Below, one piece after another: positions 52,772 through 62,228 of a stretch of 64,000 bases of DNA (its first letter is position 1; every line of letters begins with the position of its first letter). Below the pieces are notes generated by a model. That model searched no databases and had not been told where the DNA came from. It saw nothing but the letters and a program-made list of their open reading frames with translations. The stretch covers positions 1,255 through 65,254 of the forward strand of contig CAMOSQ010000003.1 of NCBI GenBank assembly GCA_946624985.1, written 5' to 3'. A program made the translations under genes and the position numbers. The DNA comes from an uncultured Bacillales bacterium (GTDB lineage Bacteria; Bacillota_I; Bacilli_A; RF39; UBA660).

Positions 52772-53251
52772 ATGGGGATATTTGTATTTGCCTTTACTGC
52801 GACTGGAAAATCAAATGTAGCTAAAAAGTATAAAAATGTTATAGATATGGAGTCAACACTTTATAAGTATATTGGTAATGACTTAGAAGATGAGTCTTTA
52901 AAAAGTACATCAAGATTTTTAAATGAAGAATGGCCAGAAAATTATTTTAAAGCACTAAAGGAAGTAAAAGACAAGTATGACTATATTTTAGTGGCTGATG
53001 AAATATGTAATGATTTTATATTAAACAATGGATATGAGTATTGGTATGTATATCCTAGAAGAGAATTAAAAGAAGAGTATTTAAACAGATGTAAAAAAAG
53101 AGGTAACAATGAAGAATTTATTTCTTGGTATTCAAAATTATGGGATGAGTGGATAGATAAATGTGAAGAAGATAAATGTGCATCAAAAAAAATAAAATTA
53201 AATAGTAATGAATATTTGGAAGATATACTTCCAAATTTGAAATTAAAATAA
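52772..53251 (+). CDS. Small P-loop NTPase / nucleotide-kinase-like protein (about 160 aa)
   Basis: The N-terminal Walker-A-like motif is FAFTATGKSN. Its size and layout resemble the shikimate/cytidylate/CPT-type kinase fold. The ATG at 52772 has an AGAGGTGA RBS. Confidence 0.5.
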   Translation: MGIFVFAFTATGKSNVAKKYKNVIDMESTLYKYIGNDLEDESLKSTSRFLNEEWPENYFKALKEVKDKYDYILVADEICNDFILNNGYEYWYVYPRRELKEEYLNRCKKRGNNEEFISWYSKLWDEWIDKCEEDKCASKKIKLNSNEYLEDILPNLKLK

Positions 53252-53272
53252 TTAATAAAGGAGATGACTCTC

Positions 53273-54142
53273 ATGAATGAAAATAAAACTAATATCAATT
53301 GGTATCCAGGTCATATGGCTAAAACAAAAAGATTAATAAGTGAGAATATTAATAAAATAGATGTTGTATATGAAGTAATAGATGCAAGAATGCCATATTC
53401 ATCAAAGATAAAAGATATAAAAAACTATATAAATAATAAACCAGTTATTTTAATAATGACGAAGATAGATTTATGTGATATGAAAGAAACAAATAAATGG
53501 ATAAAGTATTATGAAAATTTAGGTTATAAAGTATTAGGTATAGATCTTGAACACAATCCTAATCTAAAAAAAATAATTAATGCGACAAATGAAATAATGC
53601 AGGAAAAAGTGGAAAAAAGAATTGATAAGGGTATGATTAAGAGAAAGACAAGGGTATTAGTGGTTGGAATTCCTAATTGTGGAAAATCTACATTAATAAA
53701 TAGATTGGCTGGGAAAAAGGTTGTTGGAACTGGTAATAAACCTGGAATAACAAAGGAATTAAGTTGGATAAGAGTTAATGATGAAGTTGAATTACTAGAT
53801 ACACCTGGTATTTTATGGCCTAAGTTAGATCAGGAAACTGTTGCTTTAAATTTAGCTAGTTTAAGTGCTATAAAGGAAGAAATATTACCAATATACAATG
53901 TATTTTCATATATAATAAGTACTTTATATAAGTATTATCCAAATATACTTGAAGAAAGATACGGTATAAAAGAATTATCAGAAGATATGATTGAAAATAT
54001 GGATATAATTGGTAAGAGAAGAGGTTGTATATTAAGAGGTAATGAAATTGATTATGATAAAGTAATGAGTATTGTTTTAAATGATTTAAAAAGTGGTATA
54101 ATAAAGTCAATAACGTTTGAAAGAGTAAGTGATTATGAATAA
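53273..54142 (+). CDS. rbgA: Ribosome biogenesis GTPase A (YlqF/RbgA)
   Basis: NINWYPGHMAK at the N-terminus is followed by the circularly permuted GTPase motifs NKID (as TKIDL), GIPNCGKST and DTPG. The ATG at 53273 is preferred, because the ATG at 53264 abuts the RBS. Confidence 0.9.
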   Translation: MNENKTNINWYPGHMAKTKRLISENINKIDVVYEVIDARMPYSSKIKDIKNYINNKPVILIMTKIDLCDMKETNKWIKYYENLGYKVLGIDLEHNPNLKKIINATNEIMQEKVEKRIDKGMIKRKTRVLVVGIPNCGKSTLINRLAGKKVVGTGNKPGITKELSWIRVNDEVELLDTPGILWPKLDQETVALNLASLSAIKEEILPIYNVFSYIISTLYKYYPNILEERYGIKELSEDMIENMDIIGKRRGCILRGNEIDYDKVMSIVLNDLKSGIIKSITFERVSDYE

Positions 54143-54503
54143 AGATAAAAATGTATTAGTGCTTGCTTATTTAGGTGATGCTATATATGAGGTATATATA
54201 AGAGAATATTTAATCAATAATAATATTGTTAAAGTTGATATGCTTCAAAAAGAGGCAATAAAGTATGTAAGTGCTAAGGCACAAGCAAAAATAGTTAATA
54301 GTTTAATTGAACAAGGTATATTAAGTGATGATGAATTAGAAATATTTTATAGAGCAAGAAATCATAAAGGTACAAGACATCCTAAGAATACAGATATAAT
54401 AACTTATAAGCATTCAACAGGATTTGAAGCAATAATAGGATATTTATATTTAGAAGATAAGAAAAGATTAAATAAAATAATTAATATTATATTGGAGGAT
54501 TAA
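54129..54503 (+). CDS. mrnC: Mini-ribonuclease III (MrnC/YazC)
   Basis: LAYLGDAIYEVYIREYL is the RNase III-like signature. Length is 124 aa. Confidence 0.85.
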   Translation: MIMNKDKNVLVLAYLGDAIYEVYIREYLINNNIVKVDMLQKEAIKYVSAKAQAKIVNSLIEQGILSDDELEIFYRARNHKGTRHPKNTDIITYKHSTGFEAIIGYLYLEDKKRLNKIINIILED

Positions 54504-54504
54504 T

Positions 54505-55191
54505 ATGTATGTATTTGGAAAAAATGTTGCTAATGAAGTAATAAATGATGTTAAGAAAATTAAGAAAGCATATATTTCAAAAAATTTTGATGAAAAAAAT
54601 ATAATGTCAGTTTTGAACAGAAACAATATATATATTAAATGGATGGAAAAAAGAGATTTGGATAAATTTGTTGATGGTAATCATCAAGGTATTGTTTTGG
54701 AAATTGATGATTATGAATATTCTGATGTTGATGAATTAATAGAGGATAATGGAATAATAGTAATGTTAGATCATTTAGAGGATCCACATAATTTAGGTGC
54801 TATAATAAGAACCTGTGAAGCTGCTAAAGTATCTGGTATAATAATTCCAAAGGATAGATCTGTAAGTGTAAATTCAACAGTAATGAAGGTAAGTGCTGGA
54901 GCATTGGAACAGGTTAAGATTTCTCAGGTTACTAATTTGTCACAGACACTTAGTTATTTAAAAAAACAAGGTTATTGGATTGTTGGTACTGATATGCAAG
55001 GAACAAATTATACGGATATAGATTATAGTGGAAAAATTGTTATAATTATAGGTAATGAAGGTAAAGGTATGAGTGATATAATTAAAAAAAATTGTGATTT
55101 TATCGCTAAAATTCCAATGAGAGGTAGTATAAATAGTCTTAATGCATCAGTTGCTGCTGGAATAATAATTTTTGAAGCAATTAAAAAATAA
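54505..55191 (+). CDS. rlmB: TrmH-family 23S rRNA (Gm2251) 2'-O-methyltransferase RlmB-like (YacO)
   Basis: The SpoU motifs are LDHLEDPHNLGAIIRT, IIGNEGKG and SLNASVAAGIIIFE. Confidence 0.85.
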   Translation: MYVFGKNVANEVINDVKKIKKAYISKNFDEKNIMSVLNRNNIYIKWMEKRDLDKFVDGNHQGIVLEIDDYEYSDVDELIEDNGIIVMLDHLEDPHNLGAIIRTCEAAKVSGIIIPKDRSVSVNSTVMKVSAGALEQVKISQVTNLSQTLSYLKKQGYWIVGTDMQGTNYTDIDYSGKIVIIIGNEGKGMSDIIKKNCDFIAKIPMRGSINSLNASVAAGIIIFEAIKK

Positions 55192-55246
55192 TAAAATTAT
55201 TGGGAGGTTATTATGAATAATAGAATTAGATTTTGTTTAAAACATT

Positions 55247-55882
55247 ATGATTTTCAATTGTTTGGAGAATATAGTGTATAGAGATTTAAATGATTATGAG
55301 TTAATTTCATATGTTTCTGAAGATAATGAAGAAGCAAATAATATTCTATTTGAAAAATATAAACCATTAATAATTGATAGATCTAAAAAGTTGTTTAAAT
55401 ATTGTATGAATAAGGGTGTTGAATTAAATGATTTAGTACTTGAAGGAATGCTTGGTTTGAATGACGCTATAGTTAGTTTTAAGGATACTAAAGATGTTAT
55501 TTTTTATACTTATGCTTTAAAATGTATTAATAGTAGAATAATTACTTTTATAATAAAATCTGGAAGGTTAAAAAATAAGGTATTGAATGATAGTATTTTT
55601 TTAGAGTTGAATAGTCAGGATGAAAGTAATAATTATGGAAAAAATTTGGTTGATAATAGTTATAATCCTGAAAATGTTCTTTTAAAAGAGGAAAGTGTTC
55701 AGGAAATAATGAATATAATTGATACAGTTTTAAGTGATTTTGAGAGAGAAGTAATTAATTTAAAAATAAATGGATTTAAGTATAAGGAAATAGCTGATAT
55801 AACTGGTAAAGATATTAAGTCTATTGATAATTGTATTCAAAGATGTAAGAGTAAAATAAAAGAGGAACTAGATAAATTCTAG
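55247..55882 (+). CDS. sigH: Sigma-H (Spo0H)-type sigma factor
   Basis: It aligns to B. subtilis SigH (EGMLGLNDAIVSFKD vs QEGMIGLYKSIRDFKE; C-terminal ...IDNCIQRCKSKIKEEL vs ...IDNALQRVKRKLEKYL). It occupies the conserved mrnC-rlmB-sigH position. The start is uncertain. Confidence 0.75.
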   Translation: MIFNCLENIVYRDLNDYELISYVSEDNEEANNILFEKYKPLIIDRSKKLFKYCMNKGVELNDLVLEGMLGLNDAIVSFKDTKDVIFYTYALKCINSRIITFIIKSGRLKNKVLNDSIFLELNSQDESNNYGKNLVDNSYNPENVLLKEESVQEIMNIIDTVLSDFEREVINLKINGFKYKEIADITGKDIKSIDNCIQRCKSKIKEELDKF

Positions 55883-55961
55883 TTTTTTTAAAAAAAAAGT
55901 ACATTTTTTTTATGCATTATGATATAATGTATTAAGATAGGTGAAGTAAAGGGGAATAGTT

Positions 55962-56996
55962 ATGAATAGTGAAAATATAATTGATTTTATGAATAATAGC
56001 ACTGATACTTTTGAAAATAAGTCTGATGTAAATAATTCTTTTGATTTTAATAAAAGTTTTAATGATAATATTAATAAGGATAATAATGATAATTTTATTA
56101 ATGTTGATGATGATGACGATATAATTATTTCTAAGTCTTCTAATGATAATTTAAAGTTTGATAAAAATTATGATGACAAAATAATGAATATTATTAATGA
56201 TAAGAATTATGATATAGAATCTGATTCAATTATTTCTAAGTCTTCTAATGATGATTTGAAGTTTGATAAAAATTTTGATGATAAAATGATGAGTATTATT
56301 AATGATAAGAATTATGATAATGAATTTAAGTATGAGAATTCATCATCTGATGAAAAATTTGAGTTAGATAGTTTTTTTGATAGTATTTATAATGGTGTTG
56401 AGGATGCAAATGAATTAATATCTCAAATTAATCTTAAGAAACAAACTTTGATGGAAACAGAAAAGGAAATATCTAATTTAAAGGATCAAATAGCAAGGGA
56501 AAAAGAAGAATTTTCTAAGTATATGGATTCTCAAAAGCAAGCATTAGAATTAGAAAAGAAACAATTGAGAGAAAAGTCTGAACTTCAAAGATTAAGATTA
56601 TCTGAGGAAAGTGCTCAGGTTAAAAATGATGCAGAAGTTAGAAATAATGAGTTAGAGTTAAAGGAACAAAAATTAAAGGTTGAAGTAGAAAAATTAGAGA
56701 TGCAAAAGGCTAATTTTGCTAAGTATAAAGAAGTAGAAGAGGAAAAAATTAAAAATGAATTAGAAAAACTTGATATAGAGAGGGAACAATTACAGAAGGA
56801 AAGAGATTTAACTTTTCAAACAATAGAAAATAATAAAAAGGAATTTGAGATTGAAAAGGAACATTTTAATAGAATTAAACAAATTGAAGAGCAAAAATTA
56901 GAATCTGAAAGGGAAAATTTAAATAAGAATTGTGAAAGATTTAAAAGATTAGTTACAGGTCTTTCAAATAATTTTAATAAAATGCCAAGCGAATAG
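55962..56996 (+). CDS. Acidic coiled-coil protein with two N-terminal 37-aa tandem repeats
   Basis: The repeats are IISKSSNDNLKFDKNYDDKIMNIINDKNYD and ISKSSNDDLKFDKNFDDKMMSIINDKNYD. They are followed by a roughly 200-aa E/K-rich heptad region. Confidence 0.45.
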   Translation: MNSENIIDFMNNSTDTFENKSDVNNSFDFNKSFNDNINKDNNDNFINVDDDDDIIISKSSNDNLKFDKNYDDKIMNIINDKNYDIESDSIISKSSNDDLKFDKNFDDKMMSIINDKNYDNEFKYENSSSDEKFELDSFFDSIYNGVEDANELISQINLKKQTLMETEKEISNLKDQIAREKEEFSKYMDSQKQALELEKKQLREKSELQRLRLSEESAQVKNDAEVRNNELELKEQKLKVEVEKLEMQKANFAKYKEVEEEKIKNELEKLDIEREQLQKERDLTFQTIENNKKEFEIEKEHFNRIKQIEEQKLESERENLNKNCERFKRLVTGLSNNFNKMPSE

Positions 56997-57077
56997 TCCA
57001 GTATGGGCTATTTTTGTTTGTTAATATTGAAAAAACGAATAAATTATTGTATAATAAGGCTAATTCGGAGGGGTAAA

Positions 57078-57800
57078 ATGGATAGGATAATTTATATAGG
57101 TTTTTTAAAAGGTTATGGAAAAAATGAGGTTTTATTATATGAAGAAGGTGGGCAAATATTTGAGTGTTCTACAAATGTTAAGATACCTGAAAAACTAATT
57201 GAAAAAATACTATTAGCGCCTCAAGATGCTTTAAACACATATAATGGATATAGTAAAGAACAATTTTTAAAAGTATTGGCTGATTTAAAAGATGCTCAGC
57301 AACCTGAATTTGTTAGAGAATTAAGTGATTTAAAATTGAAATTATTGTTAAGAACTCACATTGTATATTGTGTTTATTTAAGATTAATTGACGAGAATAA
57401 ATTTAATGAAAATTTCAAAAGGAATGATAAAAATAATGTTATAGACAATAGTTATTCATTGCTAAAGTATAATCAACCTTTAATACCTATAATGGTGTAT
57501 CGTTCGATAGATGGTAAATTTAGAGAATTATTGACCGGTATTACAATAACAAGTATTGAAGCTGAAAACGCGGAATATGAAACTAATCATAGTTTAGTTC
57601 AATTAGGTGATAGTCATGCTGCATTTATAAATGTTCATGAATTAAAAATGGTATCTGAAATTGAGGTTAAAGAATATCAGGAAAATCATCAGTATAAAAA
57701 AATATTTGTGAAACAATTAAACGCTATATTTAGTAAAGCAACTGAATCATATGATAATGTTGTTGAAAATATGTTAGGTAAGAGAAAAACTTTAGAATAA
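57078..57800 (+). CDS. Hypothetical protein
   Basis: The ATG at 57078 has a GGAGGGG RBS. No motif is recognised. Confidence 0.35.
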   Translation: MDRIIYIGFLKGYGKNEVLLYEEGGQIFECSTNVKIPEKLIEKILLAPQDALNTYNGYSKEQFLKVLADLKDAQQPEFVRELSDLKLKLLLRTHIVYCVYLRLIDENKFNENFKRNDKNNVIDNSYSLLKYNQPLIPIMVYRSIDGKFRELLTGITITSIEAENAEYETNHSLVQLGDSHAAFINVHELKMVSEIEVKEYQENHQYKKIFVKQLNAIFSKATESYDNVVENMLGKRKTLE

Positions 57801-57852
57801 ATAAAACAGATGAATATCTGTTTTTGTGTTATAATAGTTTGGTGGTGGTATT

Positions 57853-59985
57853 GTGAGAAAACCAGAGTTACTTGCTCCAGTTGGTTCAAAAGAATCTTTA
57901 GTTGCAGCTATAGAAGCAGGGTGCGATGCTGTTTATTTAAGTGGAAAAAAATATGGTGCTAGGGTTTATGCATCTAATTTTAGTGATGAAGAAATTATTG
58001 AAGCGATAAAATATTCTCATATATATGGAGTTAAGGTTTATGTAACTGTCAATACAATAATATATGAAAATGAGGTTAATGATTTTATAGATTATGTGGA
58101 TATGCTACATAAAAATGATGTTGATGCAATAATTATACAGGATATAGGAATGTTTGATTTAATTAGGAAAATGTATCCTAATTTGGAAATTCATATCTCT
58201 ACTCAGATGCATGTTCATAATCTTGAGGGTGTTAAATTTTTTGAAAAGTTAAATGCTCAAAGAGTTGTACTTGCCAGAGAAACAAGTATTGATGTAATAA
58301 AAGATATTAAGAAAAAAACGAATATTGAATTGGAAGTATTTGTGCATGGTGCGCTTTGTATAAGTTATTCTGGTCAATGCTTAATGAGTAGCTTGATAGG
58401 TGGAAGAAGTGGAAATAGGGGAGCATGTGCTGGATCTTGTAGATTACCATATGATGTGATAAGTGATAATAAAAAGGTAAATATTGATAAGTATCCGTTA
58501 AGTACGAGAGATTTAATGACTTTAGATCATATAGGTGAATTGATAGAATCAGGAATTGATAGTTTTAAAATAGAGGGCAGAATGAAAAGACCTGAATATG
58601 TGTATCAAGTTGTAAGTTTATATAGACGTGCCATTGATTCATATGTTGGAACAGGAAAATCTGATATCACGCAAAGTGATATTGATGAAATGAAGAAAAT
58701 ATTTAATAGGGAATTTACAAGTGGATATTTATTTAATGAAAAATATATAATGAATTGTAAAAGACCAAATCATCAAGGGATTGAGATAGGTAAGGTAATT
58801 GATTATAAAAACGGATATGTATATGTAAAATTAAATGAAAAATTAAGTGTTCATGATGGAATAAGAATATTAGGTAAAGTTGATAAAGGTTTAATGTTAA
58901 ATAAAATTTTTATAAATAAGGAAAGTGTTAAAGAAGCAAATAAAAATGATATTATTAATTTTAAATATGAATATGTGGATAAAAATTCAATTGTTGTTAA
59001 AACGACAGATTATAATCAAATAGAAGAAATAAATAATAAAATTGAAAATAAAGGTAGAAAAGTTTTAATAAGTGGAAAAATTGTTTTGAAGGAAAATGCT
59101 ATATTGGAGTTATCTGATGGGAAAAATAAAGTTGTTGTTAGTGCTGATATAGTTGAGCAAGCAAAGAATAATCCTATAACAAAGGATAAGGTTGAAAAAC
59201 AGATTAATAGATTGAAGGATACACCATTTATATTTGATGATTTAGATATAATTATGGATGATTTTATTTTTGTAAATATTAGAGACTTGAATGAACTTAG
59301 GAGAAATGCAGTTGATCAATTGGTTCAAAAAAGACTTTATCATACTAAATATTTAAAGAATATTTATAATATAGATGTTCCTAATTTTGAAAGAAAATGT
59401 GATCAGAGTTATTTAATAAGTAATATCGAACAGTTTAAAAGAATTAATAAATATGATTATTTATATATTGATGATGATGAATTATTTAATAAAATTAAGG
59501 GTGATAATATTTATCTTAAATTACCAAGAGTCATAAATAAATATAATGATTTTAATGGACATTTACTAGTTGGTGAGATTGGCTCATTAAATAGATATAA
59601 AAATGTAGATACTGATTTTTCATTTAATGTTGTTAATTCTTATTCTGTTGCTTTTCTTCATAGTTTAGGAGTAAATAAAATTACTCTTTCTTATGAGCTT
59701 ACTTTAGATCAGGTAAAAGAAATTATTGATAATTATCATAAAAGGTATAAGAAGCATCCTAATTTAGAGGTTATAACAGAGTGTTATGAAGAAGTAATGG
59801 TTTCCAAGTTTAATTTATTAGATTATTATGGAATAGATAATGGGAAAATTAGAGATAGATTTGGCAAATTATATGATATAAGGATAAAAGATAATTTGAT
59901 GTATATATATAATTATCAAAAAAGAAATTTAAATAAGCAAGATTATTATGATATTGGAATTAATGTTACAAGAATTAATCTATAA
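57853..59985 (+). CDS. Peptidase U32 family protein (long form, 710 aa)
   Basis: The U32 N-terminal signature is PELLAPVGS...AGCDAVY and the E-x-F-x-H-G-A-x-C motif is EVFVHGALCISYSGQC. It has a GTG start. Confidence 0.8.
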   Translation: MRKPELLAPVGSKESLVAAIEAGCDAVYLSGKKYGARVYASNFSDEEIIEAIKYSHIYGVKVYVTVNTIIYENEVNDFIDYVDMLHKNDVDAIIIQDIGMFDLIRKMYPNLEIHISTQMHVHNLEGVKFFEKLNAQRVVLARETSIDVIKDIKKKTNIELEVFVHGALCISYSGQCLMSSLIGGRSGNRGACAGSCRLPYDVISDNKKVNIDKYPLSTRDLMTLDHIGELIESGIDSFKIEGRMKRPEYVYQVVSLYRRAIDSYVGTGKSDITQSDIDEMKKIFNREFTSGYLFNEKYIMNCKRPNHQGIEIGKVIDYKNGYVYVKLNEKLSVHDGIRILGKVDKGLMLNKIFINKESVKEANKNDIINFKYEYVDKNSIVVKTTDYNQIEEINNKIENKGRKVLISGKIVLKENAILELSDGKNKVVVSADIVEQAKNNPITKDKVEKQINRLKDTPFIFDDLDIIMDDFIFVNIRDLNELRRNAVDQLVQKRLYHTKYLKNIYNIDVPNFERKCDQSYLISNIEQFKRINKYDYLYIDDDELFNKIKGDNIYLKLPRVINKYNDFNGHLLVGEIGSLNRYKNVDTDFSFNVVNSYSVAFLHSLGVNKITLSYELTLDQVKEIIDNYHKRYKKHPNLEVITECYEEVMVSKFNLLDYYGIDNGKIRDRFGKLYDIRIKDNLMYIYNYQKRNLNKQDYYDIGINVTRINL

Positions 59986-60040
59986 TTCTTGTTTATTTTT
60001 TTTTTATGTATTATAATATATATAGAAAATAGGAGGGTAT

Positions 60041-60844
60041 ATGAAAAAGACAATTGTCGCTATTATATTATTGCTTGTTTTATTTCCTATTTTAATTAAA
60101 GGTGGGAATATTTATAATTTATGTGTTTATATTTTATCACTTATTGGATTAAATGAATTCATTAATATTAAAAGTATTAAGAAGGAAGTTCCGCTTTTTA
60201 TAAAAATTATTAGTTTTATATCAATTACTTTTTTGATATTTGCTAGTGTTAATGTTGTTAATCTTACATATTTTATTGATTATAGGGTTTTATCTGGAAT
60301 ATTTATATTGTTTTTAATTCCTACTTTAGTGTATAAGGATAGATCTATATATAGTATAAATGATGCTTTTTATTTAATTGGTGGTGTTTTATTTTTAGGA
60401 ATTTCTTTTTCATTATTGATAGTTGTTAGAAATTTTAATTTGAATATATTAATATATTTATTATTAATAGGTACTGTTTCTGATACATATGCTTTAATAA
60501 CAGGAAAATTAATTGGAAAGAGAAAATTATCAAAAGAAATATCTCCTTCTAAGACTATTGAAGGCTTGTTTGGTGGGATACTTTTTGGTACTTTTGTTCC
60601 AATTGTATATTATTTAACTGTTGTTAATTCAGATATAAGTATTATACTTCTTATTTTTGTTACACTGTTCTTGTGTTTATTAGGTGTTTTTGGAGATTTA
60701 TGTTTTTCTTCAATAAAAAGATATTTTGGAAAAAAGGATTTTTCTAATTTAATACCAGAACATGGTGGAGTGTTGGATAGATTTGATAGTATCATATTTA
60801 TTTTGTTAGGTTTTACTTTTTTTATAGGAATAATAGGAGGTTAA
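60041..60844 (+). CDS. cdsA: Phosphatidate cytidylyltransferase
   Basis: It is a polytopic membrane protein with the C-terminal CDS signature (SxxKRxxGxKDxSxLIPGHGGVLDRFDS). Confidence 0.85.
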   Translation: MKKTIVAIILLLVLFPILIKGGNIYNLCVYILSLIGLNEFINIKSIKKEVPLFIKIISFISITFLIFASVNVVNLTYFIDYRVLSGIFILFLIPTLVYKDRSIYSINDAFYLIGGVLFLGISFSLLIVVRNFNLNILIYLLLIGTVSDTYALITGKLIGKRKLSKEISPSKTIEGLFGGILFGTFVPIVYYLTVVNSDISIILLIFVTLFLCLLGVFGDLCFSSIKRYFGKKDFSNLIPEHGGVLDRFDSIIFILLGFTFFIGIIGG

Positions 60845-60845
60845 T

Positions 60846-61880
60846 ATGACTTTAATATATATGATTTTAATGTTGGGAATAATAGTTTTTATTCATGAAT
60901 TTGGACATTTCATATTTGCAAAAAAGGCTGGAATATATGTATATGAGTTTTCTATTGGTATGGGACCTAGAATTTTTAAATTCAATAGGAAAAATGATGA
61001 GACTGAGTATTCTATAAGATTGTTTCCAATTGGCGGTTATGTTCAGATGGCTGGTGAGGAAATAGAGGAGGATAAGGATATTCCAGTTGAAAAGAGAATG
61101 CAGTCTAAAACCTGGATACAAAGATTTTTAACTGTAATAGCTGGTATAATGTTTAATTTTATTCTTGCGCTTATAATATTTTTTATTGTTGGTTTGACTG
61201 TTGGATGTCCTTCTAATAAGCCTTATATTAATTTGGTTGATGATGGAATAAATAGTAATTTAATAAGTGTTGGAGATAGGATACTTGAAGTAAATGGTAA
61301 AAAGGTTATTTTTATTGATAAGATGTTACTTGATATACAGGTTAATAATAGCAAGCCTTTAAAGTTAAAATTACAGGATGAAAATGGTTCTAAAAGAGAT
61401 GTTACACTTAATCCTATTGAAGTTAATGAGGATGGAAAAGTTACTTATAAGTATGGTATAGGAATAGGCAATGATGTTGAGAAAGGCTTTTTAGCAGCAT
61501 TAAAGTATTCTTTTGTTAAATTTGCTAGTTTAATTACTCAAATGGTGTTTGTAGTTGGATATTTGTTTACTGGTAAATTAGGTTTGTCAAGTTTGTCTGG
61601 ACCTGTAGGTATATTTAATGTTGTTGGTGAATCAGCACAAGCAGGTTTTATAAATTTGGTTTATCTTACTGGTTTTATAAGTCTTAATGTTGGTTTTATG
61701 AATGTTTTACCAATACCTGCTCTTGATGGTGGAAGAATCTTATTCCTTATTATTGAAAAGATTAAAGGTAGTAAGATTGACGTTAAGTTTGAAAATACGA
61801 TTCATGTTATTGGATTTGCTTTATTAATGATTTTAATGGTTGTAATCACTTTTAATGATATTATTAGGATTATAAAATGA
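60846..61880 (+). CDS. rseP: RIP metalloprotease RseP (site-2 protease)
   Basis: The HExxH motif (IHEFGHF) is in TM1, a PDZ domain is present, and the LDGG motif is NVLPIPALDGG. Confidence 0.85.
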   Translation: MTLIYMILMLGIIVFIHEFGHFIFAKKAGIYVYEFSIGMGPRIFKFNRKNDETEYSIRLFPIGGYVQMAGEEIEEDKDIPVEKRMQSKTWIQRFLTVIAGIMFNFILALIIFFIVGLTVGCPSNKPYINLVDDGINSNLISVGDRILEVNGKKVIFIDKMLLDIQVNNSKPLKLKLQDENGSKRDVTLNPIEVNEDGKVTYKYGIGIGNDVEKGFLAALKYSFVKFASLITQMVFVVGYLFTGKLGLSSLSGPVGIFNVVGESAQAGFINLVYLTGFISLNVGFMNVLPIPALDGGRILFLIIEKIKGSKIDVKFENTIHVIGFALLMILMVVITFNDIIRIIK

Positions 61881-62146
61881 TTAAGCTAACAGATTTTGTT
61901 TATGATGAAGATGATGTGATAAGTGATTCAATTGTTAATTTTTATATTAATAATAAAGCAGACGAAAAATTTATTGAAAAATATATAAGTGATAATAGAT
62001 TTCAAAAATTTGTTAAGAAAAACTTTTTGATGAATAAAATAAGTGATAAGTATTTAACTAGATTATATAATGATTATAATGATGAAGATGATATTGTTGA
62101 TGAATATGATTATATAACTAGTGTTAATACTACAAGATGGATTTGA
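61877..62146 (+). CDS. Hypothetical small acidic protein
   Basis: 89-aa ORF overlapping the rseP stop codon. Confidence 0.3.
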   Translation: MIKLTDFVYDEDDVISDSIVNFYINNKADEKFIEKYISDNRFQKFVKKNFLMNKISDKYLTRLYNDYNDEDDIVDEYDYITSVNTTRWI

Positions 62147-62172
62147 AGTAGACTGATGTCTACTTTTTGTTT
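62147..62172 (+). terminator. Rho-independent terminator
   Basis: AGTAGAC-tgat-GTCTACT followed by TTTTGTTTG. Confidence 0.65.
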
Positions 62173-62228
62173 GATTTGACTTTTATAAGAAAAAGTGTAT
62201 AATATATGAGAAAAAAAGGGGAGTTTTT

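Noticed and set aside
48700-53300. Prophage or integrative element
   Set aside because: There is no integrase, terminase, capsid or repressor gene. The cargo is a few small genes separated by target-site repeats, which fits a cassette hotspot better than a phage.
56090-56300. Direct DNA repeats that could be mistaken for a CRISPR or tandem array
   Set aside because: They are in-frame coding repeats of the coiled-coil protein (two about 111-nt units), not repeat-spacer architecture.
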